IMG/VR virus record: IMGVR_UViG_3300020410_000055
Span: 1-25,295 of that record
Origin: a virus
Taxonomy: Duplodnaviria; Caudoviricetes
Length of the DNA stretch: 25,295 nucleotides
Reading direction: 5' to 3' (one strand)
Below, one piece after another: positions 17,487 through 25,295 of this stretch; the stretch's first letter is position 1; each line of letters starts with the position of its first letter. A model generated the notes under the pieces. The model searched no databases. It saw only the letters and a program-made list of their open reading frames with translations, and was not told the origin of the DNA. Both the position numbers and the translations under genes were made by a program.

Positions 17487-17565
17487 AAGTTAACTCCTTA
17501 TATGCTTTAATTTTCTTGTGTTGGTCTTTCGGACCTAACCAAGATGTAGCTTTTGCTACATTTTT

Positions 17566-17594
17566 ATTATACCCAAAGAAATTAAAATTTGCAA
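17566..17594 (-). promoter_or_regulatory. Sigma70-type promoter of the AIPR gene
   Basis: TTGCAA (17594-17589)-17 nt-TATAAT (17571-17566). Confidence 0.72.
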
Positions 17595-18103
17595 ATCAGC
17601 TTTGATATCGGTAGGTTCCACATATCTACCAAGGTAGTAAATTCATTAGAAGTATCTACATCGCCCTTCTTCCAGAGAGTAGCCTCTTCAAAGTACTGTT
17701 TAGCGTCTTTCTTACCTAACAACCAAATGTTCTTTAGCCCCCTGTAAGCTTTTGCCCCATTGTTTTTTATCGATTCATTAAATTCTAGGCTAATAAAGAT
17801 ATAGGTATCAGGGCGTTGGTGGGTACTTGTAGATGCAACGGATACGTCATAATAATCTTTAGGAGCTACTGTTCTTCTTTTAGTTTTTACTTCTATACAC
17901 TCTCCGTTAAGGAATATGTCGTAATCAAACTTCTCGTCAGATTCTACTATTTCCGCCCCAAGATATTCTTTTATAGCTTCTTCTCCTAAGAAACCAGCTA
18001 GGTTACCTGCCCCACGAGTGATCGAATTGCGTATTTCACCCATTTGATCAGCTCGAACCTTAGCTCTATCAATCATTTCTTGTGTGTGAGGTATTATTAT
18101 CAT
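17582..18103 (-). CDS. PD-(D/E)XK restriction-endonuclease-fold protein
   Basis: G.LGEEA, YDI, IEVKTK motifs. Confidence 0.7.
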   Translation of the reverse strand: MIIIPHTQEMIDRAKVRADQMGEIRNSITRGAGNLAGFLGEEAIKEYLGAEIVESDEKFDYDIFLNGECIEVKTKRRTVAPKDYYDVSVASTSTHQRPDTYIFISLEFNESIKNNGAKAYRGLKNIWLLGKKDAKQYFEEATLWKKGDVDTSNEFTTLVDMWNLPISKLICKF

Positions 18104-18357
18104 TTACTATTCTTGTCGCTAAAGTGGAGTAACAGCATAGCGTAATGAATAATCTTGAAAATGTCTTTACGAGGTGTTCCCTTTTTATCATAACGAGATG
18201 CATACTTTAAAATATTACTCCTACAGAACGCTTCGGCATCGCCACACGCTTCTATAAAGTCTAAAGTCTGAACATCTCCTTCACTATAATGCTCTCCATA
18301 AGTATTTTGTACATACTCAGCAATTTCTTTTATTATTTCTTCTTCGTTATATTTCAT
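18100..18357 (-). CDS. DUF3310 (T7 gp1.7-like nucleotide kinase family)
   Basis: HY....Q..DFI, FC.SNILKYASRY.KKG, D..K..HY. Confidence 0.8.
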   Translation of the reverse strand: MKYNEEEIIKEIAEYVQNTYGEHYSEGDVQTLDFIEACGDAEAFCRSNILKYASRYDKKGTPRKDIFKIIHYAMLLLHFSDKNSK

Positions 18358-18358
18358 C

Positions 18359-20329
18359 TTAGTCCCAATCTATAAGATCATCAAATGTAAGGGGTTTCAA
18401 ATCTTTTTTTACTGCCCACGAACCCTGAAAGATTTCCATATCTACTTTTAATGGGATGTCTAATGTGTTTATCTCAAGTATATCTCTAATCTTATAAGGT
18501 ACTGTTTCAAGTTCTGAGTCATGTATTTCACAAATAATCTCATCGTGTACTTGTAATAACAGGTTACTTTCCTTATCTTGTAAATATTCATCTACTTTTA
18601 GCATTCGCTCACTTAAAAGATCAGCACTTGTACCCTGTACGAGATAATTTACACCTTTATAAGCAAACTTTGGATCAATTCTATAGTGTCTACCATACTT
18701 ATTCTTTATCCAACCTCTAGCAGTTACAGTAGCAACTACCTTATCAAAGAACTCTTTAGATCCTTTCATGCCTGCAAAGTATTGTTTCTTATATTTCCCC
18801 GCCTCTTTTGGTGTAGTACTTAGTTGTTGAGCTAGTTTTTTGTTCCCTATTCCATATATAGTACCAAAAGTAATTGCTTTGGCTGCTTGGCGATACTCTT
18901 TGAACTTATCTGAAGATTCGTCTACTTGAAAGGCTAACTTTGCCGCCTCACTATGAAAATCTACATCATCTTTAGTTAAAATTTCATCGATTGTTTCGTT
19001 TCTAAAATAAGACATAAACACTCTAACTTCCATTTGACTGTAATCAAATCCAACTAAGGAGTACTTTGGACGTGGAATGAATAGTCTCCTAATAGATATT
19101 TGCGATTTGTCCTGTGAATTGAATGATTCATCGCCAACAAAAGACCATGTATTTAGGACATCATCAGAAAGGTCGGCATTTAGCGTAACACCCTTAGCAC
19201 TTACAGTTGCAGCAATTTTACCCAACACTTCTGCCTTTTCATCAGCATTTAAAGTGCGTTCCTGTAACTTAAAATGGTTCCTAGGTATGTTTTGTAGGTT
19301 AGGCTCTCTACTTGATAACCTGCCTGTGGCAGTACCCCAATTACAAAAAGAGGTATGCATTACTTGAATGTCTTTATATGGTTCGATATAAGTAGACCTT
19401 AGCTTATCTAGGGTCCTATACTGTCTTACTAAGCCAGCCATTCTATGATTTATATTCACTAAAGCTGCTTCACTCCAAGAGTCTTGCCCTTTAGGAGTTT
19501 TTACAGGCGATTCAATCCCAAACTCTGTAAAAATTTCCCCAATCTGTACTGGGGAAGAAATATTAAATTCTCTACCTGCAAGTTTATAAACTTCTTCTCT
19601 GACTTCATTTTGTCTTTCAAGTATTAAAGCCTCAGATTGCCTAGCATAATCTCTATCAATGGCTACCCCCCGCCTTTCCATTGTATACAACACAGATGTC
19701 AAATCGTTTTCAAAGTCAAAAACGTTCATTTGATCAGTCTTTTTTATTTTACGGAGGTAATCGTTGTATATTCTTGCGGTAAGTGCAACATCTTTCTTGC
19801 AATACTCCCCTAAAAAAGAAGGAGGAGCCATTGAAAAATCCTTATTCCATTTATTAGATCTAAGTTGTTTTTTCGTATCTATGTCATACTGCACAGCACT
19901 ATCACCATAATTACGCTTTGCAGTTGGGGTAAGCCCCAAATCTTTTATATCAGAATGTTCTACAAGACGCACCATTACTATTACGTCTATTAATTTTTTA
20001 TCGATTGGTATTAAACCATCTTTTTCTAAAAAGTGTAGATCAAACTTAAGATTATAACCTATATACTGTTTTACTGAGTGGTTAAGTAGATCTATTAATG
20101 AAACAAGGTTGTCTAAGGGTAAGTTTTCCCCTAGATGATGTCGAAACGGGTAGTATTGATATAAGCCTGACTCGGAGGTCTGACCTACACCAACACCACA
20201 GATTTGATTAACCCCAAAGGGATCCAAACCATTTGTTTCTACGTCAACAACTAAAGTAGGCTCTACCTCTAATGCCGACTCTAGCTTATTGATTTCTTGA
20301 GTAAAGACCGAGTTTGTAACAACGGTCAT
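18359..20329 (-). CDS. polA: Family A DNA polymerase with 3'-5' exonuclease
   Basis: Exo DVET, YNLKFD, YCKKD; TGRLSSREPNLQNIP; motif A DYSQMEVR; motif B RQAAKAITFGTIYG (Phe762 type); motif C QVHDE. Confidence 0.95.
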   Translation of the reverse strand: MTVVTNSVFTQEINKLESALEVEPTLVVDVETNGLDPFGVNQICGVGVGQTSESGLYQYYPFRHHLGENLPLDNLVSLIDLLNHSVKQYIGYNLKFDLHFLEKDGLIPIDKKLIDVIVMVRLVEHSDIKDLGLTPTAKRNYGDSAVQYDIDTKKQLRSNKWNKDFSMAPPSFLGEYCKKDVALTARIYNDYLRKIKKTDQMNVFDFENDLTSVLYTMERRGVAIDRDYARQSEALILERQNEVREEVYKLAGREFNISSPVQIGEIFTEFGIESPVKTPKGQDSWSEAALVNINHRMAGLVRQYRTLDKLRSTYIEPYKDIQVMHTSFCNWGTATGRLSSREPNLQNIPRNHFKLQERTLNADEKAEVLGKIAATVSAKGVTLNADLSDDVLNTWSFVGDESFNSQDKSQISIRRLFIPRPKYSLVGFDYSQMEVRVFMSYFRNETIDEILTKDDVDFHSEAAKLAFQVDESSDKFKEYRQAAKAITFGTIYGIGNKKLAQQLSTTPKEAGKYKKQYFAGMKGSKEFFDKVVATVTARGWIKNKYGRHYRIDPKFAYKGVNYLVQGTSADLLSERMLKVDEYLQDKESNLLLQVHDEIICEIHDSELETVPYKIRDILEINTLDIPLKVDMEIFQGSWAVKKDLKPLTFDDLIDWD

Positions 20330-21030
20330 TAGAAAAGTGTTGTCTCAGCATCATTTGCTGTTGGAGCATCTGATGTTGGAATACTATTCCCATACCTTTC
20401 CATGTAATAATCTTTAATTTTTGGTAATTCAGCTATTTCAACTTTTTTATCTGCTGGCACTTCTTCAGTTTTAGCAGTAGCGACTATTTGATATGATGTA
20501 TCTAACATTCCTGTACCCGTTCTTTTTAGTCGCATAACACCTTTGTCTAAAGAACCCCAATCATTATAAACATCTACTAGTTGATTCCAATTAGCGTCTC
20601 CTCTACCAAACCCAAGAGATACTACTTTAAAATCATTAACATCTTCTCTAAATATCTTTTTCCCTGATGGTCCTTCTATCTCTACCCAATCTTCAGAACC
20701 CGGTATAATTCTACCGTTACTGTCTTTTCTTGTGTGAATTATATTATGCACATATGCCCAAAAAGCAAATTTGTGTGAAGCATAAGTATCTTCAGGGACC
20801 GAACTAGCATCTACACTAGGATCTTTTATTAAATTTGTCCAGTTATTACCAATTCTAAAAGTGTAAAGATATACATCATCTAAATTTGGATCATTCTCAG
20901 CACCTGTAGCTATCGCTGTTGCAAAGATTTGATCTCCATCTTTCATCCACACTTCTCTTGTACTAGGTCGTTCGACCTGCGGTTGTCTTAGGTCTTCTCT
21001 TCCTTTATTTATTTTTGCTATACCACCCAT
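20329..21030 (-). CDS. Probable single-stranded DNA-binding protein (gp32-like)
   Basis: Between primase and polymerase; KRTGTG..DTSY motif; C-terminal tail ending in Phe. Confidence 0.65.
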   Translation of the reverse strand: MGGIAKINKGREDLRQPQVERPSTREVWMKDGDQIFATAIATGAENDPNLDDVYLYTFRIGNNWTNLIKDPSVDASSVPEDTYASHKFAFWAYVHNIIHTRKDSNGRIIPGSEDWVEIEGPSGKKIFREDVNDFKVVSLGFGRGDANWNQLVDVYNDWGSLDKGVMRLKRTGTGMLDTSYQIVATAKTEEVPADKKVEIAELPKIKDYYMERYGNSIPTSDAPTANDAETTLF

Positions 21031-21040
21031 GTAAAACTCC

Positions 21041-21901
21041 TTAAAATATCGTTTTATTTAACATAACGTTACGTAATGTCTGAGGATTATAAATTTCTTG
21101 AACATCTTTATAATTATCAGGTAACGTAAGATATGATAACAGAAATCTGTCTTTCATGTCAACTGTAGCTTTCTCTATACCTCGTGCTCCCGCTTCATCA
21201 TTATCAAGGGCTAATACCACCTCAGAAGGGTTTAGTTTACTGAGTAAATTGATCTGATTCTTTGAAATACTTGCTCCCAAAACAGCCACACTAGAATAAC
21301 CATGTTGATTTAACCACATGCAGTCTAGAGCCCCCTCAACTATATAAAGCATATCTGTGTTATACAATTGATTTATCCCAAATAAGACCTTAGATTTTGA
21401 GAACCCTTTAGTAAACAAATACTTAGGTATCGCCGATCTTCTACGTGTTATCCATCCCTTTACATTAGAATCCATATCTTCTACAGGAATCATAAAATCC
21501 CCATACTTATTGGTTTTACACCCCCACTTTAATATCGATTCATAAGAAAATCCTCTATTATAGATCCAATGATTGTCCTCTATGTCTAAAGTAACCTCTG
21601 GAACACTCACGGTATCTGCCTGTTCGTTATCTGATACCTCATCAAACCAATTAAAATCTAAGTCATAGGTCTGAACTTGGAAGTCTTCGTTGAGTTCTTC
21701 CCAAGATTTACCAGTATATTTCTTTATAAAGTATTTTAGTCCCCCTTGACCACAACCAGCAAAGCAAATCCACACTCCTTTATCAAGGTTTATAGAACAA
21801 GACTCTCGTCTGTCTTCATGAAAAGGGCAATGAATAATTATTTGCTCTTCGTTTGGTATGGCAACTCCATATTTTATAAGTATAGAGTACCAATCTACCA
21901 C
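21041..21901 (-). CDS. dnaG: DNA primase (CHC2 Zn finger plus TOPRIM)
   Basis: CPFHED...CFAGC, PKY, VEGALD, LDNDEAG, KD. Confidence 0.92.
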   Translation of the reverse strand: MVDWYSILIKYGVAIPNEEQIIIHCPFHEDRRESCSINLDKGVWICFAGCGQGGLKYFIKKYTGKSWEELNEDFQVQTYDLDFNWFDEVSDNEQADTVSVPEVTLDIEDNHWIYNRGFSYESILKWGCKTNKYGDFMIPVEDMDSNVKGWITRRRSAIPKYLFTKGFSKSKVLFGINQLYNTDMLYIVEGALDCMWLNQHGYSSVAVLGASISKNQINLLSKLNPSEVVLALDNDEAGARGIEKATVDMKDRFLLSYLTLPDNYKDVQEIYNPQTLRNVMLNKTIF

Positions 21902-22101
21902 TATCTATCCCTTTTGTTTTTTCTTAGAAATAAAACTACTTCGTTTCGATAACCATTCTCGTCTGTGGCAATTCCTTTTCTAATATCACCTACAGTAATG
22001 TCAATCATTGGTCGCCCATCTCCCTTACTTCGAGTAGATTTTACGATTATGTTGTTATCAGAATTATCGTCAGTTGAATTAAACCAATCAAATATTCCCA
22101 T
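21901..22101 (-). CDS. Hypothetical protein (66 aa)
   Basis: AGGAGG SD; stop overlaps the primase start. Confidence 0.7.
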   Translation of the reverse strand: MGIFDWFNSTDDNSDNNIIVKSTRSKGDGRPMIDITVGDIRKGIATDENGYRNEVVLFLRKNKRDR

Positions 22102-22116
22102 TATAAGCCTCCTAGC

Positions 22117-23367
22117 TTAGTATTCGTCCCATCTATAGTCAGGAACTTCTTCTATATTACCATTGTCTACTGCCCATTGCATAACCGTTGTGTCTTTAGC
22201 TAATTCACCATCTCTATATTTCTGAAATTGAACCAGTCTCTTCTGATCATCTTGTTCGATACCACACATGGCTAAGGCTACGTCAGCTGCTCTTATCAAA
22301 GCATCTCCAAAGGCTACTTGATTTGCTTTCGGAGGAGTAAACATGTCCGTTGCTGCATCTCGTGTAGCTTGGGTAGTGACAAAAATTGGTGTGTTTGTCG
22401 ATGTAGCTAAATTTTTTAGCCCATAAAATAACTGGTGGGATTGCTCCCATGCAGCTTTCTTAGGATCGCTGGTGCCCACCAAATAAACACCATCAATTAC
22501 TACGAACTCAGGGCTATGTTTCCTAACTAACCCCGCAATTGCATTCATAGATATACCCATTTGACCTGAAATATGGTCACATACTAATAAAGAACCTGCA
22601 TTTGATTCTTCTAAAAACTTAGTATACTCTTCCTCGTCTATCGGATCCCCATATCTTAATGATCTGTGGGAAAGATTATAACCCATCAATTTTGCTAACA
22701 CTACATCTAACCTCATACTAATAGCCGTACTAGGCATTTCTGTAGAAATAAATAAAGTTCTGTGATTATTAAACACAGATACAGCTGCTGCGTGCACACA
22801 TAACCATGTCTTACCAATAGTAGGACGTGCAAAAGCAGATATTAACTCGCCGGGCATCCACCCAACACCAGTTTGATTAATAGTTTGAAAGCTAGTTGGA
22901 ATCCCCATTAATCCATCCCCAAGCTTTCTTTTATCCGTACGTTCTCTCCACTCATCTAATCTAGTAAGCTTACCGCTATCGTATGAAAAAACATCTTCAT
23001 CATAAACCACTTCAATGTCTGTTAGACCTACCATAAGATTAGCTAAAGCTTTCTTAGGATTGTCTTTGACCAATTCTCTCTGTTCTTGAACTGTTTTTAT
23101 GATAGTGCGTTGTAATACTTGATCTTTGAACTGCTCAATAGCATACTCAAAATTAACAGAATTAGCTGTGGGGTCAAGTTCGGGATAGTTTTCTAGTAAA
23201 ACTTCTTCAGAAGCAAACTCTCCATACTTATCAAAATGATTAACAACGAAATTATAAGCACCCCCGTGCCTTGCAAAGTCTTTTTCGGTGTGTTTAAATG
23301 TACGTAAGTTAGTTTTGTTGTCCAAATTTAGAATAATTGCGGACTCAATATATTCAAAACTAGCCAT
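22117..23367 (-). CDS. dnaB: DnaB-like replicative helicase
   Basis: Walker A ARPTIGKT, STEM, Walker B VIDG, TQATR, QKYRDG. Confidence 0.92.
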   Translation of the reverse strand: MASFEYIESAIILNLDNKTNLRTFKHTEKDFARHGGAYNFVVNHFDKYGEFASEEVLLENYPELDPTANSVNFEYAIEQFKDQVLQRTIIKTVQEQRELVKDNPKKALANLMVGLTDIEVVYDEDVFSYDSGKLTRLDEWRERTDKRKLGDGLMGIPTSFQTINQTGVGWMPGELISAFARPTIGKTWLCVHAAAVSVFNNHRTLFISTEMPSTAISMRLDVVLAKLMGYNLSHRSLRYGDPIDEEEYTKFLEESNAGSLLVCDHISGQMGISMNAIAGLVRKHSPEFVVIDGVYLVGTSDPKKAAWEQSHQLFYGLKNLATSTNTPIFVTTQATRDAATDMFTPPKANQVAFGDALIRAADVALAMCGIEQDDQKRLVQFQKYRDGELAKDTTVMQWAVDNGNIEEVPDYRWDEY

Positions 23368-23602
23368 CTTTATCGTTCTCCTTTGTGTAAAGCACCCTAT
23401 TTTTATCAGAATATACTAAATAGTCTACGTTAGAAATGGGGAGCATGTCAACTTCTTGTTTAGCATCTTCAAAAGTAGGGTATTCTCCATGAGTCCAAAA
23501 ATCTCCATTATGTCCATGAGCAATAACTCTAAACTTATTATCAACCTTTTTGTTCTTAGGTTTTTGAATCAAACGTCCTGACCTTCTCATTCTTCTAGGC
23601 AT
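23360..23602 (-). CDS. Hypothetical protein
   Basis: Likely start 23602 (MPRRMRRS), overlapping the sigma stop by 8 nt; track start 23671 gives a larger overlap. Confidence 0.6.
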   Translation of the reverse strand: MPRRMRRSGRLIQKPKNKKVDNKFRVIAHGHNGDFWTHGEYPTFEDAKQEVDMLPISNVDYLVYSDKNRVLYTKENDKDG

Positions 23603-24107
23603 CTTCGTCCGTATCACTTTCTTGTTGCAGTTTGTCTCTAAGTCCTTGTCTAACTTTGTATGCTGATTCACCTAAATCCTCAGTGATCTCTTCCATAGTT
23701 AAACCTTCTAATTTTAATTGAAGAAACAACTTTTCTTTATTTGCTAAATTCTGTGAATCTACCCACAGACTAATATCTACCTCTTCTTGATAGTGATTTG
23801 GATCTGTAAGTGCTCTAATAATTTCAGCTGGAGTAGTTTCATAAATATCGGTCATATCAATACTTCTAGAATTAAGTTGACGCTGTGCTTTATTTATTAA
23901 AGTTCTAATGGTGTTAACTAAAGATGTGTGTAGATAAGTATGAAAAATTGCTCCCTTATCTGGATTAAATGCTTTAGCTGCTTTTACAAGTGAAATTCTA
24001 AGTTCTTGTGCTATATCTTCCTTATCAAGCCCCGCAATATAAGAAGTAGACACCATTTTTTGTATTTTAGGTTCCCATTGGGTTATTAAATCATCGTTTA
24101 TATCCAT
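23595..24107 (-). CDS. Sigma70-family (ECF/SigH-like) sigma factor
   Basis: Region 2 (EDIAQELRI.L.KA...FNPDKGA.FHTY) and region 4 (KEK...L.LEGLTMEEI..LG); start 24107 or 24164. Confidence 0.82.
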   Translation of the reverse strand: MDINDDLITQWEPKIQKMVSTSYIAGLDKEDIAQELRISLVKAAKAFNPDKGAIFHTYLHTSLVNTIRTLINKAQRQLNSRSIDMTDIYETTPAEIIRALTDPNHYQEEVDISLWVDSQNLANKEKLFLQLKLEGLTMEEITEDLGESAYKVRQGLRDKLQQESDTDEDA

Positions 24108-24489
24108 ACAATCTGCGTTCAGTATGATAGCATTCTCCACTACAATACATTCTATCATATCCACGATTATATTTCTGTACTATTTGAGATCGTTTTCTGT
24201 AGAATGGGACTCTACAATAATGGCAATTTACTTTGATGTTATAATATTGGAAATGGCATGAGCCATCATGTACTAATTTTGTACTTAACTCGCCACATAT
24301 TTTACAATGACGAGCATCTTTCATTCTTTTGGCTCTTAAACTAGGAACATTGTTTTGTTTCAGTACTTTATATATATACTGCCTAGATACTTTAAACGCA
24401 TTTCCTATTTGTTGAAGAGTGTCGTGAGGATTATCGTATCTATGTTGTATGATTTTAGAAGTCTGAGATTGACGCTTGTTCTTTTTCAT
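24091..24489 (-). CDS. HTH plus Zn-finger putative transcription regulator
   Basis: TLQQIGNAFKVSRQYIYKVL HTH; CKIC, H..SC, CHYC, YCSGEC. Confidence 0.7.
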   Translation of the reverse strand: MKKNKRQSQTSKIIQHRYDNPHDTLQQIGNAFKVSRQYIYKVLKQNNVPSLRAKRMKDARHCKICGELSTKLVHDGSCHFQYYNIKVNCHYCRVPFYRKRSQIVQKYNRGYDRMYCSGECYHTERRLYGYKR

Positions 24490-24646
24490 ATGCTTTGACC
24501 TGTTCAGAAATTTGATCTTTCCAAAAATCTGCTAAGTAGTTTGCATCTATATTTCCAGTTCCGTTATTAGGTGCTTTAATATATGAAGACGCTGCTACAA
24601 TCCTAGTCCATTGGGCATCTGTAAATGATACTGTTATGTCTGGCAT
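24455..24646 (-). CDS. Hypothetical protein (63 aa)
   Basis: GAGGAG SD; TAATG coupling to the tail fibre stop. Confidence 0.7.
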   Translation of the reverse strand: MPDITVSFTDAQWTRIVAASSYIKAPNNGTGNIDANYLADFWKDQISEQVKAYEKEQASISDF

Positions 24647-25295
24647 TATTTATTCTCCTCTAGTTTTTCAACTCTTTTATTTAATTTTTTAATTTCTTCT
24701 AATAATAAAAACTCTAATGTGTTCCCTTTTATACCTTCAACACTATTATCCGGTCCATAACTTACTAATTCCGGCAAAATTTCCGACACTTCTTCTGCAA
24801 TTAACCCCACTGCTTGATTATTACCATCTAAATCTTTATAAGTTTTTACGTTTAAATCTAATATTTTTGATGAATCAATATAATTTGTGTAATCTTGAAT
24901 ATCACTTTTATATCTGGCACTAGAAGTTACAGCTTTTAGCCAATACTTACCAGAATATACTCCCGAAAGAGTGGCTGATACCGGCAAGTCTGTAGATGAC
25001 ACGGTATCTGAAATATAAAACGATGCTTCTGAAATGTTTACAGAACCTATTTTCATTCTAAGGTTTGCCCCACCTGAGTAAAATCGTATAAAACCAGTTT
25101 CTCTATTAATATATTCTGTATTAGCACTTGACCATGTATATCCGCTCGTTGGGTATATATAACCGCCTATGATATGCATTGCCGCAGAACCACCGACAGC
25201 AAAAGATAATTGGTCAGACGCACCTCTATACATTCCTGTATCAGAATCTGACGAAAATGAATACGATGGCGTAGCAGCGTCCCCATTGCCCCAAC
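24646..25295 (-). CDS. Tail fibre/spike C-terminus with peptidase S74 intramolecular chaperone (partial)
   Basis: Frame open to the right edge (WGNGDAATPSYSFSSDSDTGMYR); SSARYKSDI cleavage motif, GLIAEEV..ILPELV, terminal coiled coil. Confidence 0.85.
   Translation of the reverse strand, partial: WGNGDAATPSYSFSSDSDTGMYRGASDQLSFAVGGSAAMHIIGGYIYPTSGYTWSSANTEYINRETGFIRFYSGGANLRMKIGSVNISEASFYISDTVSSTDLPVSATLSGVYSGKYWLKAVTSSARYKSDIQDYTNYIDSSKILDLNVKTYKDLDGNNQAVGLIAEEVSEILPELVSYGPDNSVEGIKGNTLEFLLLEEIKKLNKRVEKLEENK

Noticed and set aside
8210-23367. Inteins or introns in NrdJ, TerL, RecA, PolA, DnaB; alternative genetic code
   Set aside because: ORFs are continuous and of normal length in the standard code, with no splicing motifs.
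183-24923. All plus-strand ORFs in the track
   Set aside because: Antisense shadows of well-supported minus-strand genes, with no recognisable motifs.

Overview
Fragment of a tailed dsDNA phage (Caudoviricetes), AT-rich, with every credible gene on the minus strand. In transcription order (right to left): end of a tail fibre with an S74 chaperone domain, an HTH/Zn-finger regulator and sigma factor, a replication module (DnaB, primase, SSB, PolA, DUF3310), a PD-(D/E)XK nuclease, an AIPR-family gene with its own promoter, a recombination module (RecA, DUF559, Cas4-like, UvsY-like, RuvC), TerS/TerL, a class II ribonucleotide reductase, portal, a 690-aa protein with an intact-looking type IB topoisomerase core, a Zn-ribbon ORF, an HTH-metallophosphoesterase, an HK97 gp10-like protein, an acidic scaffold-like protein and the first codons of a probable major capsid gene. 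The most unusual element is the TopIB core embedded in a portal-coupled, low-complexity protein. It shares hydrophobic-X-Lys-[Ser/Ala] motifs with the portal and scaffold, suggesting a packaged, protease-released topoisomerase (inference). All family calls come from motif recognition by eye; no database searches were run.
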